This document shows positions 22,867 through 33,859 of a DNA stretch of 64,000 bases, in pieces (positions within the stretch are counted from its first letter, which is position 1; the number at the start of each line of letters is the position of its first letter). The position numbers and the translations under genes were made by a program. The notes under the pieces are model-generated. The model was not told the origin of the DNA. It saw only the letters and a program-made list of their open reading frames with translations, and searched no databases. Source of the stretch: Candidatus Latescibacterota bacterium (lineage in GTDB: Bacteria > Latescibacterota > CBDEFO01). Location of the stretch: assembly GCA_965237525.1 (NCBI GenBank), contig CBDEFO010000008.1, positions 928,001-992,000 on the forward strand, written 5' to 3'.

Positions 22867-23278
22867 GTGAGGGAGAATGATTACGCAAGGATGGCAACAC
22901 GGAGTCGACGTTCGACTTGCCTTTCTGCTGTGCTTATTATGTTTGTGCTTCTTGGGATCGGATGCGCTCTGACTCAGACTCCAGAAGCACCTTCGTTCAA
23001 TGTGACCATCACGGTCCCGATCACCGATCAAATCCAAACCATGGAGGAGATCGTTGAGGACAACCCTGACTTTCTGACCCTTTCGGGCGACATTGTGACC
23101 TTTGCCATAGAGCGGGACATTGACCCGTATGAAGTGGGAGACGATCTTTCCATAGAACCGCCGCGTGTGGACGAACGCACCGACCTTGGGGACTTTAAGG
23201 TGGATTCCCCTGGTGCACGGAGCCCGCCCGCCATCACGTTGAGAGAGATAGCTCCTTCCGAAGTGGTGGAAATATTAG
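22867..23278 (+). pseudogene. lipoprotein gene truncated by IS
   Basis: Lipobox-like LGIGC; reading frame runs into IS end at 23279 and does not resume on the other side. Confidence 0.7.
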
Positions 23279-24797
23279 AAGCCTTGTGAAATAGTTATGT
23301 CCCAGGCAGCGTCTGAAGCGCCGATTATGGGTCAAAGAGAAGCATATCGTATCGTTTTGCTGTGGAATAAGCAAAATAGTCTTATCAGAGTTCTGGTCAG
23401 CAAGGAATAGGAGCTGTTTGAAGAACAGGATGCACTGTCTTTGACAGACAGGGCACACATAGACGCTTTCCCCCTTCTTATGAAAGATACAAGCCTCTTG
23501 AGATTCTGTACTGTTGCAACAAGATTCAACTGTTCATTCAGTGAGGCTGGTCCTCTGTAACGGGCTCGTCCCATACCGTATTGTTGCCTGGCTTCAGCAA
23601 AGATATGTTCACTGCGTTTACGGAGTCTCCGGGAGAGTTTGTAGTCAGCTGTTAATGAGATAGACCGTGCATGATTTCTGGCTTTCGCCTCTCGCACTTT
23701 TCTATCCCGTTCGGCCTGAATATGTGCTGGATTTGTCTTGTTTTTCCATGTAGGAATCGGTTCAATCTTCTCATCGGCTCGCAGAGGAATATGGGGTATG
23801 ATTCCCCGGTCAAGTACATCAGCGATAAAATTACCAGAACCGTAACCGGTATCGGCACTAAGTGTCTGAATGTCTTTGGGCATGGTGTATGTTTCAAGGT
23901 CATCTACCATCTTAAGGGCACTTTCGGGCTCTGCTGTCCCTGTCGCCTGCGTGCCCTGAGTCTCAAGGATTACTCTGCTTTTTGTGTCGATCAGATCATG
24001 GCCCATAAACGAGAGAAAAGCCCCTTTGCCCTTCGATTTGCTGTATAAGCGCGCGTCGGGGTCTGTAGTCGAACGGTGTGTTTGGTTCGTCCACTTTTCA
24101 CCATGAAAGTCTTTATCCTGAGGATGCCCGGACCTACCCTTTGTCTTATCACCTTCAAAACCGATTCCCTTGAGATAATCATCAAGAGAAACAGGGGGTT
24201 CTATCGGCTCAATACTTTTCACTGAAGCATCAGCTTGTATCTGAGTGCCGTCGACACTAAGGTGTTTACCGCTCACAAGACCGACATCTATGCAACACTG
24301 GACTACCTGACGCATTATCCGTTCAAACAACCCACTGGATGCCCACTTGTGATTGCGAAGCTTGTTGATCGTGCTCCTATCCGGAACCGCATCATCAAAT
24401 GTCTGATGACAAAACAACCGATATGCCGCATGCATCCCCACTTCCTGACAGAGCCGATTCTCACTCAAATTATACAGATAGCCAATAAGGATCATTCGAA
24501 CAACTAATTCAGGATCAATACCGGGTCTGCCATTGTCAGGGCAATAACAATCTGATACAACGTCTCGTACAAATGAAAAATCAACTGCCTCATCAATCTG
24601 ACGAAGGATATGATCCTCGGGAACTAAATCCTCCATCTGAAAATAGTGAAACATCGGATTTGTCTGTTCCTGCTTTTGTGGGGTCATTGCTTCCTCCATG
24701 TATAATATTATCAATAACATAATATAATACATCGGAGCTGCTTTATCAATGCTTGTTTTATACTATTTTCTGAATCTAAGGGTTTTTCACAAGGCTT
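23279..24797 (-). mobile_element. IS1182-family element, copy 1 (intact transposase; non-matching flanks TTAG/CTAA)
   Basis: 13-bp TIR AAGCCTTGTGAAA / TTTCACAAGGCTT; 1519 bp. Confidence 0.93.
23332..24732 (-). CDS. IS1182-family DDE transposase
   Basis: PEDHILR...GRPGIDP N-terminal domain; VDGT, ADTGY, RKRSEHIFAEAR..GMGRARYRG. Confidence 0.92.
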   Translation of the reverse strand: MYYIMLLIILYMEEAMTPQKQEQTNPMFHYFQMEDLVPEDHILRQIDEAVDFSFVRDVVSDCYCPDNGRPGIDPELVVRMILIGYLYNLSENRLCQEVGMHAAYRLFCHQTFDDAVPDRSTINKLRNHKWASSGLFERIMRQVVQCCIDVGLVSGKHLSVDGTQIQADASVKSIEPIEPPVSLDDYLKGIGFEGDKTKGRSGHPQDKDFHGEKWTNQTHRSTTDPDARLYSKSKGKGAFLSFMGHDLIDTKSRVILETQGTQATGTAEPESALKMVDDLETYTMPKDIQTLSADTGYGSGNFIADVLDRGIIPHIPLRADEKIEPIPTWKNKTNPAHIQAERDRKVREAKARNHARSISLTADYKLSRRLRKRSEHIFAEARQQYGMGRARYRGPASLNEQLNLVATVQNLKRLVSFIRRGKASMCALSVKDSASCSSNSSYSLLTRTLIRLFCLFHSKTIRYASL

Positions 24798-26090
24798 CTA
24801 AAGCGTGTAGTCTTTAGCCTACTTTTGACAATCGGAATCCTCTCCTCCGATGACGCGTTCTCTCTTGAGGGGTTTAACCCCAGGAGTCAGGCTATGGGCG
24901 GGGCCTACACCGCAGTGGGGAGGAACATCCACGCCATCGGATGGAATCCCGCCAATTTAGCGCTGAAAAGCGATACCAAGTTCTCTATTTCCATCTTCTC
25001 CTTTGGCTTTGGAATCCACAACGATTCGTTTTCGCCGAACGATTACGATAAGTACAGCGGCGAGTTCTGGAGCGGATCGGATAAAAGGACAATTTTGGAT
25101 AAGATTCCCGACGAGGGTCTTGGCATAGATTTGGATTTAGAAGCCAGTATACTGTCTCTTTCCTACGATTCCTACGCTATTAGATTCTCGGGAGTAGGAG
25201 CTGGAGATGCCGCTATTCCCAAGGAACCATTTGAGATATTTCTGTTCGGCAATACCTTCAACGACACGACCAGCTTAGGCGATGTCGAAGGCGAGGGATG
25301 GGCCCTCGCCAGCATAGCTCTGTCAGGAGCCAGACCGCTCTATATAGCCTCCTTGGCGCCTATCTTCGACGAGTTCACAGTTGGAGGAACTGTAAAGATA
25401 CTCAAGGGCTTTGGTTACGGTAAGGTGCTCAAATCCGAGGGCACTCTATCCATCTTGGAGGAGGGGATCAAGATTGCCGGAGCAGAGGGCGGAACGGATT
25501 CTGCTGAGGTAATAGCTCAGATCGCACAGGGCGGAACGGGCTTTGCCCTGGATTTAGGGGTCGCGGCGACGAGAGATAGATGGACGTTCGGCGGTTCTTT
25601 AATAAATCTGTTCGGGACGGTCTCCTGGAACAAGGACACAGAGGAGGTAAGAGGAAAGATCTTTGTAGATTCTCTGACCGTCACAAAGATCAGCGATGTG
25701 GAGGAGTTTGAGGATCTCTTCGACAGGAGCGACACTACGATTGTGATAGATTCCTTCGATAGTAACTTCCCGACTATATTGAGATTAGGCGCTGCGTATC
25801 AGTATTCCAAGTTGCTTTGGGCTGTGGACTACGAGCAGGGCTTCTCCGACGAGCCGGGATCTACTACAACCCCCAGGATCTCGGGGGGAGCGGAGTTCAG
25901 GCCCCTCACGTGGCTGCCTTTAAGGGGAGGAATTTCCATCGGAGGGAAGAGCAACTTTGACCTCGGACTCGGATTGGGATTCGGAAGGAAGTTGGTCACT
26001 TTCGACCTTGCAATAGTTCAGCGAGGCGGAGCGACTCCCAATCAGGCGAACGGGATCAATTTCTCGATGGAGCTTAAAGTCGGGATATGA
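24798..26090 (+). CDS. outer-membrane beta-barrel (DUF5723/TraF-like); start codon apparently lost at IS junction
   Basis: PRSQAMGGAYTA..WNPANLA motif, amphipathic strands; in-frame LKRVVFSLLLTIG signal peptide begins exactly at IS end. Confidence 0.75.
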   Translation, partial: LKRVVFSLLLTIGILSSDDAFSLEGFNPRSQAMGGAYTAVGRNIHAIGWNPANLALKSDTKFSISIFSFGFGIHNDSFSPNDYDKYSGEFWSGSDKRTILDKIPDEGLGIDLDLEASILSLSYDSYAIRFSGVGAGDAAIPKEPFEIFLFGNTFNDTTSLGDVEGEGWALASIALSGARPLYIASLAPIFDEFTVGGTVKILKGFGYGKVLKSEGTLSILEEGIKIAGAEGGTDSAEVIAQIAQGGTGFALDLGVAATRDRWTFGGSLINLFGTVSWNKDTEEVRGKIFVDSLTVTKISDVEEFEDLFDRSDTTIVIDSFDSNFPTILRLGAAYQYSKLLWAVDYEQGFSDEPGSTTTPRISGGAEFRPLTWLPLRGGISIGGKSNFDLGLGLGFGRKLVTFDLAIVQRGGATPNQANGINFSMELKVGI

Positions 26091-26282
26091 ACTGCCACAT
26101 ACTAAAGCTTTTTAGCTTCCTGCTTCCCCGACCACTTGAAAGCCTCTTGAGGATGTTTTAACTCGTAATCTCAAAGCCAGTCCTAACGACCTCCATTCTT
26201 AAGCGATTTAAATGGGGGTGCTGCAGCCCCGACCCGCTCTAATTGATGGGACAGACATTCTTGTCGTTTTTCCGTCGTTCCC

Positions 26283-26750
26283 ATGATAACAGCCGAGCAG
26301 ATAAAGCGGCGGCTTAATCTTAAGCCGCACCCGGAAGAAGGCGGCTACTATAGAGAGACCTACCGCTCTGATGAGCATATCCCCGCAAATGTGCTTCCGG
26401 ATCGCTATAAGGGTGAAAGATCCTTTGCAACTGCGATCTACTACCTGCTGACGCCCGATACCTTCTCCGCCATGCACCGACTCCCGACGGACGAGATTTT
26501 CCACTTTTATATGGGCGATCCCGTCGAGATGCTTCAACTGATTCCCGATGGATCGGGCAGAGTCATTACACTTGGGTCCGACATCGTCAAAGGGATGCAT
26601 CCGTAGATTATCGTACCGAAGGGAGTATGGCAGAGATCGAGGCTCCTCCCCGCCGGGATTTGAGTTTTCCGACTACGAAACCGGGCAGAGAGACTTAATG
26701 ATCGATTCTTGTCCCCAGTTTAGAGATTTAATTATTGCCCTGATAACGTG
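26283..26750 (+). pseudogene. DUF985-type cupin, disrupted
   Basis: LKPHPEEGGYYRETY, TAIYYLL, HRLPTDEIFHFY; TAG at 26604 followed by IIVPKGVWQ, then a jump to PGFEFSDYE (internal deletion). Confidence 0.85.
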
Positions 26751-26874
26751 ATTTGTTTACCTGATCTGCACTCTGCCCAATGTGACTGATTACAGCACCT
26801 TAAGTAACTATCCAATAAGTCCGTCTATCGCTTTCGCTGTTTAAGTTACGACCCCAAGATAATCCGGCTACAGC

Positions 26875-27021
26875 CTGAGGCGTTAGCCTCGTAATCCCCG
26901 GATCTTTCCCAGTCCGGCCAGCTCAATCCGTTCATATCTCAGACGATCTTTCCGGCGCGGATGGTCAGAGTGCACTCTAATTTCTGTGTCCTTTTGATTC
27001 TGGCATGGCCCGAATTGATCC
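26875..27021 (-). pseudogene. C-terminal remnant of amidohydrolase/deacetylase family protein
   Basis: Minus strand SGHARIKRTQKLECTLTIRAGKIV*DMNGLSWPDW. Confidence 0.55.
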
Positions 27022-27048
27022 TTTACAGGAAAGCAGTATGATGTCTTT

Positions 27049-28359
27049 CTAATCGAATATTCTGGCTAACGCCTCAGACCAGCCCAGCAGGCGTTCGTCC
27101 GCCATAAAAGGAGCGGCAAATTGCAGTCCGAGCGGAAGACCATTTTCGGATAACCCTGCAGGCAGTGTGATAGCAGGCAGGCCCGCATGAGTCCAGGGCA
27201 GATTCATGGCCGGGTCGCCAGTAGAGCCGATTCCCTCCGGTGCATGACCAGTAGCGGAGGGACAGACCCATAAGTCAATCCCGACCTCTGCCATTAGCGC
27301 CTCTAACTCATCTCGGAGTACACCGCGCCCGGCGCGGGCTTCTGCCAATTCATCAGCGCTCACTTTGCGCCCCTGCCGGATAATCTCGGACGTGCGAGGA
27401 CGATAGAGGGGCTCGTACTTTGCAAACCACTCGTTGTGCACCTCTGAAACCTCAGCGGCGATCATCTGCCTATGGCGGTGGGAGATCGTCTCAATATCAC
27501 CAAGCGCCGCCACGCGCCGCACGGAGTAACCGGCTCTTTCGAACGATGAAAGCTGTGCTTCGAAAGCGGCCAACGCCTCGGATGATGCCTGGTCCAGATA
27601 AGGTCCTTCTGGGACGCCGAGCACCGGCAGTGTGAAGGACCGAACATCCTCCCGATCTGCCCGCCAATCGTTACAGAGAATCGACGCAGCCAGCCTCATA
27701 CCGGCCACATCCTGTGTGAAAATGCCGACATGATCGGCTGACTTGGAAAAGGGGATCACGCCAACAGTGGCGATGCGGCCGAAGCTCGGCTTGAAGCCGA
27801 CTATCCCGCAGTAGGCGGCCGGACGAATCACTGAACCGATGGTCTGCGTTCCGAGCGCCAGAGGGCAAAAGCCTGCAGCAACAGCCGCGGCAGATCCGCT
27901 GCTGGATCCTCCGGGGGTATGATCAAGGTCGTGGGGATTACGGGTCGGACCGGGCTCGAAGTAGGCAAACTCGGTGGTAACGGTTTTGCCTAAAATCAGC
28001 GCACCGGCAGCGCGCAGGGTCGCCACGCAGGCCGCCTCAGGGCCGGCGAAGAGTTCCTCCGGGAGCTTTGATCCGGCTTTGGTTGCGAAACCATCCACAT
28101 GAAAAATATCCTTGATCCCGACTGGGATGCCGTAAAGTGGCGGGCGAAGCTCCAGATCAGGGAAACGCTCCTTTAGCGAAGCAGCCTCCTCCATTAAACG
28201 AGCACGTCGATTCGGCTCAGAAATCAGCGCCTGAATTTGAGGTTCGACAGCGTCGATCCGATCGCAAAGCTGATCTATATATGTAAGCAGATCGAGCTGA
28301 TCCTTGCGAAGAAAGTGAACAGTCTCAGAGAGTAAAGCTGGCAGAGTGGACATATGCAA
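27049..28359 (-). CDS. amidase signature family protein
   Basis: GIPVGIKD, TPGGSSSGSAAAVA, GTQTIGSVIRPAAYCG. Confidence 0.93.
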   Translation of the reverse strand: MHMSTLPALLSETVHFLRKDQLDLLTYIDQLCDRIDAVEPQIQALISEPNRRARLMEEAASLKERFPDLELRPPLYGIPVGIKDIFHVDGFATKAGSKLPEELFAGPEAACVATLRAAGALILGKTVTTEFAYFEPGPTRNPHDLDHTPGGSSSGSAAAVAAGFCPLALGTQTIGSVIRPAAYCGIVGFKPSFGRIATVGVIPFSKSADHVGIFTQDVAGMRLAASILCNDWRADREDVRSFTLPVLGVPEGPYLDQASSEALAAFEAQLSSFERAGYSVRRVAALGDIETISHRHRQMIAAEVSEVHNEWFAKYEPLYRPRTSEIIRQGRKVSADELAEARAGRGVLRDELEALMAEVGIDLWVCPSATGHAPEGIGSTGDPAMNLPWTHAGLPAITLPAGLSENGLPLGLQFAAPFMADERLLGWSEALARIFD

Positions 28360-29134
28360 CTCCTGCTTTTAGATAATTGATTGCTTGCCCCTCGATTTTG
28401 TAGCAAGGCAAAGTTAGCTGTCGTTTCAAGGGTCTACTGAGTCATCAGTACTTTCCTTTCCTGCTCCCTGGCGCAGATAGGCCAGGCAGCACAGCCAAGA
28501 CTAATATGCTTAAGGTAACGCTCCGAGTTTTTGTAACGCCCAAGGCTTCGACCCTCTGCGCGATCTCTCGCGGTGAATAAGCGTTGATTGAAGAAATCAT
28601 CATTGTCACGCTCCCGGGTCACGCTCCCGGTAAAGGTAGGCGAAGGTTAAGATTTAGAATAAGCCTCTCCTGCCTTCGCCTTTCGACTCTGCTTAAACTT
28701 TGAGACATCAATTTTTACCATAGCAACACCTCGTTAAGTTTTTTCAATTGTTCGGTCCTTCCGCGGCAAGTCTTCTTAGCTATATCTAGAAAAAATATGC
28801 TGAGCCCTTCAAAGAGACTTAATATACTGTTTGTGAGTTTATCTGACAAGGGGAAAATGGATTTAAGTATGACCTCTATCAATAAGTTGTATATATAATA
28901 TGAGACACGCGCTGGTGAAACAACATAAAGTTGGCTCGAAAGAGGTTACGACCTTGGAAGAGGTTACTACTACTTATCACAGAGATTGTTTCTGGTTTCC
29001 TTTGGCGTTCCTTCGGATCGCACCTACTGACGGGGCCGGGGTTTGGCACTTCGCAATAACCGAAGGTAAGATGCAACCAATGTCATTGCGGGTTTTTTCT
29101 TGTCCGATAAACCCAATTACAGTATATTTATCAA

Positions 29135-32100
29135 ATGGGGAAATACAATAATGTTTCTACTATCTATTTAAGGAGACAAACTCTAATGATAGATGAATTT
29201 CAACAAACTGCAAGGAAGATTTATGAAGATGCAAGGAAGGATGGCAGACTGACACATAACCCGAGTAGAGACCTTTTGAGAAATCTTGCTCTTGAAGAAC
29301 CGGGGGTGAAAGAGACCCGATATGGCAATATTATGGCTAATTCAGAACCGACCTCCAGAGCAGCTATGTTTACAAAAAACAATATCGACACTCCTTTTGG
29401 AAAAGGTGAACATGCGCTATTAGATCAGGCAACAGAGCATCTACGCCAAGAGTATCTTATCAGCATCGATGTCGTAGTTGGAGACGGGAGCGAAGGGATA
29501 ACGGCAAGATTGATTACTCCAAAGAGATTTGCTCATCTGGCCTACGGCGGAATGAAGTTGTTTAAGCCGACATCTGTAGAACGTCCTACGCATCAAGTCA
29601 TTATGTTTTTCGATAAAGAATACGAAGAAAACAATTCAAAAACGCTACCTCAAAAGAGTATTACCATAAGGAATGCACACTCTCGGGAAGGTTGCCTCAC
29701 CAAGATCGTGAGAAATAGCAACTATACCGGTGAGTGGAAAAAGGCCATCTTTGCAGGGGAAAACTATAGAGCCAAGCAAAAGAGCGATGCGATTTTTCTT
29801 CATGTAGGGTGCAGACATGATTATCTGGAAATGTCTCACGGAGGCTGCGAAACACGGTGTTCCTTGTTTGCTGCCCTGAGTGCAAATGGCAAGACATCTT
29901 TAACGTGCAAGGTGTTGGCGCGAAAGACAGAGGAGAAATCATGGTTAATCCAGGACGATGGAGGAATCTTGAGAAGAGAGGGATCTTTTGGTGGATTTGA
30001 AGCAGGTGGACTATTCGTCAAAACAGATGGCTTAAATCCTAACAATCAAATAGAAACCTATTACGGAACTCTAAAATCGGATACATTCCTTGAAAATGTC
30101 TATGTCGATGAAAACGGAGAAATCGATTTTTACAACGTAGAGCGAACGTCAAATGGAAGAGCGATTATCGAGCGAAGAGATTTTATGCATGCCAGCAGGG
30201 ATATCAATGTCAAAAGAATCGATAATCTATTTATCATAACAAGAGGGAGCATTATCCCTGCGATTGCGAAGTTAACACCGCAAGAGGCGACAGCATTTAT
30301 GGTTTTAGGCCAGTCTATGGAATCTTCTGCAGGAGATCCTACCCAGGCGGGGAAAATAAAAAATGAATTCTTTTACGACCCCTTTGTCGCAGGAGACAAA
30401 ACAGACCATGCGAATCTCTTTTACGATATATTAACAGACAACCCTAATATAAACTGTTATCTTCTCAATACCGGGGAGATCGGCGAAGGAGCTCACTACC
30501 ACGACATTCGTTTAGAAGACACCGTAGTCATTTTAGATTCAACAATAAGGGGAGGATTAGAAGACTGGATCGAATCTGAAGCAACGGGACTGCTGGTTCC
30601 GAAATCTGTACGATTAGTCGATTCTATTCTAAAAGCCTTGTGAAAAACCCTTAGATTCAGAAAGTAGTATAGAACAAGCATTGATAAAGCAGTTCCGATG
30701 TATTATATTATGTTATTGATAATATTATACATGGAGGAAACAATGACCCCACAAAAGCAGGAACAGACAAATCCGATGTTTCACTATTTTCAGATGGAGG
30801 ATTTAGTTCCCGAGGATCATATCCTTCGTCAGATTGATGAGGCAGTTGATTTTTCATTTGTACGAGACGTTGTATCAGATTGTTATTGCCCTGACAATGG
30901 CAGACCCGGTATTGATCCTGAATTAGTTGTTCGAATGATCCTTATTGGCTATCTGTATAATTTGAGTGAGAATCGGCTCTGTCAGGAAGTGGGGATGCAT
31001 GCGGCATATCGGTTGTTTTGTCATCAGACATTTGATGATGCGGTTCCGGATAGGAGCACGATCAACAAGCTTCGCAATCACAAGTGGGCATCCAGTGGGT
31101 TGTTTGAACGGATAATGCGTCAGGTAGTCCAGTGTTGTATAGATGTCGGTCTTGTGAGCGGTAAACACCTTAGTGTCGACGGCACTCAGATACAAGCTGA
31201 TGCTTCAGTGAAAAGTATTGAGCCGATAGAACCCCCTGTTTCTCTTGATGATTATCTCAAGGGAATCGGTTTTGAAGGTGATAAGACAAAGGGTAGGTCC
31301 GGGCATCCTCAGGATAAAGACTTTCATGGTGAAAAGTGGACGAACCAAACACACCGTTCGACTACAGACCCCGACGCGCGCTTATACAGCAAATCGAAGG
31401 GCAAAGGGGCTTTTCTCTCGTTTATGGGCCATGATCTGATCGACACAAAAAGCAGAGTAATCCTTGAGACTCAGGGCACGCAGGCGACAGGGACAGCAGA
31501 GCCCGAAAGTGCCCTTAAGATGGTAGATGACCTTGAAACATAGACCATGCCCAAAGACATTCAGACACTTAGTGCCGATACCGGTTACGGTTCTGGTAAT
31601 TTTATCGCTGATGTACTTGACCGGGGAATCATACCCCATATTCCTCTGCGAGCCGATGAGAAGATTGAACCGATTCCTACATGGAAAAACAAGACAAATC
31701 CAGCACATATTCAGGCCGAACGGGATAGAAAAGTGCGAGAGGCGAAAGCCAGAAATCATGCACGGTCTATCTCATTAACAGCTGACTACAAACTCTCCCG
31801 GAGACTCCGTAAACGCAGTGAACATATCTTTGCTGAAGCCAGGCAACAACACGGTATGGGACGAGCCCGTTACAGAGGACCAGCCTCACTGAATGAACAG
31901 TTGAATCTTGTTGCAACAGTACAGAATCTCAAGAGGCTTGTATCTTTCATAAGAAGGGGGAAAGCGTCTATGTGTGCCCTGTCTGTCAAAGACAGTGCAT
32001 CCTGTTCTTCAAACAGCTCCTATTCCTTGCTGACCAGAACTCTGATAAGACTATTTTGCTTATTCCACAGCAAAACGATACGATATGCTACTCTTTGACC

Positions 32101-32286
32101 CATAATCGGCGCTTCAGACGCTGCCTGGGACATAACTATTTCACAAGGCTTCTAATGCACCCAGAAAGATTATTTTCATCTTCGGAATTTGAGGTGCGAC
32201 AGAGAGAATTGGACAGACAAAGAGCGGGAAGGCTAGAACAATATGGTGGATTGCACAAAGATATCAGAACCGTCTTTCAAAAGTAA
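29135..32286 (+). pseudogene. phosphoenolpyruvate carboxykinase (ATP-type family), split by IS copy 2
   Basis: YTGEWKK, ALSANGKTS P-loop, QDDG, FLENV, NGRA, ESSAGDP; removing IS plus one CTAA restores ...DSILMHPERLF...VFQK*. Confidence 0.85.
30633..32151 (+). mobile_element. IS1182-family element, copy 2 (TAG in transposase; CTAA target duplication)
   Basis: Same TIRs; CTAA at 30629-32 and 32152-55; stop at 31541-43. Confidence 0.95.
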
Positions 32287-32317
32287 ATCATAGTAAAAGG
32301 TAATACTACAACATTGA

Positions 32318-32355
32318 TCCCCGACCCCCGATTGATTCTATCGGGGGCAATCGGG
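32318..32355. repeat. nested hairpin micro-elements upstream of efflux operon
   Basis: TCCCCGA[CCCCCGATTGATTCTATCGGGGG]CAATCGGG. Confidence 0.75.
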
Positions 32356-32422
32356 CAAAGTGAAATATTTCTGGTTATTCCCTCGTAGGACATAAAAGGC
32401 ACCTTTACAAAAGAGAAACGGT

Positions 32423-33859
32423 ATGAGAGTCAAATTCCTATTTTTGGTAATTCCTCTCTTGACCGCGGCCTGCGCATCGGCGCCGAAGACACAGAATCCC
32501 AATCTCAGGGTTACAACCCCCGATCGGTGGACTGCCGCTGTCAACACGGAAATGCCCGGCGACACCCTCTGGTGGTCCCATTTCGGCGATCCTCAATTAG
32601 AGGAACTGGTGACCGAGGCCCTAACCTATAACTACAACCTGCAGATCGCTGCCGCCCGACTTTATGCTGCTTCTGCACAGGCTCGTATTGCCGGTGCTCC
32701 GTTGCTGCCTCAGGCCGGACTGAACTTTAACGCCTACCGGCGTCGGCAGAACTTCATCGGATTTCCTATCCCGGGTAGGAGGGGTGTTCTAACTTCGATC
32801 TCGAACAGCTTTGGCGTCTCTCTGGACACAAGCTGGGAGGTGGATCTGTGGGGTCGGCTGGGTGCGCAAAAATCGGCTGCCCTGGCGGATCTGCAGGCGT
32901 CTCAGGCAGACCTGAGAGCCGCCAAGCTTTCACTTGCTGGTCAGACCTCCAAGGTGTGGTTTGCGGCCATCGAAGCCAGGAGCCAGGTGGAGCTTGCCCG
33001 GGCGACGGTTGAGAACTTCCGTACCTCCAGCCAGCAGGTGCGAGTCCGCTACGAACGCGGACTGCGCCCCTCGCTGGATCTGCGCCTTTCGCTTTCTAAT
33101 GTGGCCACAGCCGAAGCCACCCTACAGCAGAGGCAAGAACGACTGGATAACGTGCGGCGCCAACTCGAACTGTTGTTAGGGCGCTATCCCGCCGCGGCCA
33201 TCGCAGTGGGAGAAGAACTCCCACAGGTTCCTGATAGTGTCCCTGCTGGTCTACCGGCAGACCTGGTGGCGCGCCGTCCGGACTTGATTGCGGCCGAGCG
33301 TCAACTCGCCGCTGCCGATGCCCGCCTGGCCCAGGCCCGTGCTGCACTCTATCCCAGAGTTAGTCTAACATCCTCTGGGGGCACTGCCAGTAACGAACTG
33401 AGCGATCTTTTGAACGGAGACTTTGCGGTCTGGAATCTGGTCAGCAACTTGGTACAGCCTCTCTTTCAGGGAGGTCGCCTGCGGGCCGGCGTCGATCTTG
33501 CCAATGCTCAATCCGAAGGGGCACTGGCACTATACGCGGAGAGCGCCCTCAGGGCATACGCCGAGGTGGAGGCTGCTTTGGCGGACGAAGGATTCCTGGT
33601 CAAGCAGCAAGATGCTTTGGAAACTGCTGCCGAGCAGGCCTTAGCCGCACGCAGGCTTGCTGAGGATCGGTACGCCAGTGGCCTGACCGATCTCATCACT
33701 ATGCTCGAGTCACAAAGGCGTGCCTTTGAGGCCGAAAGCCAACTGCTCGCCGTCCGCCGAGGACGGCTGGATGCCCGTATTGACCTTTATTTAGCTCTCG
33801 GCGGAGGTTTCGTAACTGATTCTGCAGAACTACTTGATACGGGGGCTAATACACCATGA
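32423..33859 (+). CDS. efflux outer membrane factor lipoprotein (NodT/OprM family)
   Basis: LTAAC lipobox, WWSHFGDPQL, SWEVDLWG, RRPDLIAAE, LYLALGGG. Confidence 0.95.
   Translation: MRVKFLFLVIPLLTAACASAPKTQNPNLRVTTPDRWTAAVNTEMPGDTLWWSHFGDPQLEELVTEALTYNYNLQIAAARLYAASAQARIAGAPLLPQAGLNFNAYRRRQNFIGFPIPGRRGVLTSISNSFGVSLDTSWEVDLWGRLGAQKSAALADLQASQADLRAAKLSLAGQTSKVWFAAIEARSQVELARATVENFRTSSQQVRVRYERGLRPSLDLRLSLSNVATAEATLQQRQERLDNVRRQLELLLGRYPAAAIAVGEELPQVPDSVPAGLPADLVARRPDLIAAERQLAAADARLAQARAALYPRVSLTSSGGTASNELSDLLNGDFAVWNLVSNLVQPLFQGGRLRAGVDLANAQSEGALALYAESALRAYAEVEAALADEGFLVKQQDALETAAEQALAARRLAEDRYASGLTDLITMLESQRRAFEAESQLLAVRRGRLDARIDLYLALGGGFVTDSAELLDTGANTP

Noticed and set aside
12891..26945. 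TGA at Trp-like positions in wcaJ and the amidohydrolase remnant suggesting UGA recoding
   Set aside because: TGA ends intact genes in this window (e.g. nucleotidyltransferase, ferredoxin, OMF, MFP) and TGG is used normally; point mutation is simpler
28434..28721. Small ORF MVKIDVSKFKQ... with good RBS and downstream 62-aa ORF
   Set aside because: Stops after 24 codons and contains a short duplication; possibly a remnant, but no product can be supported
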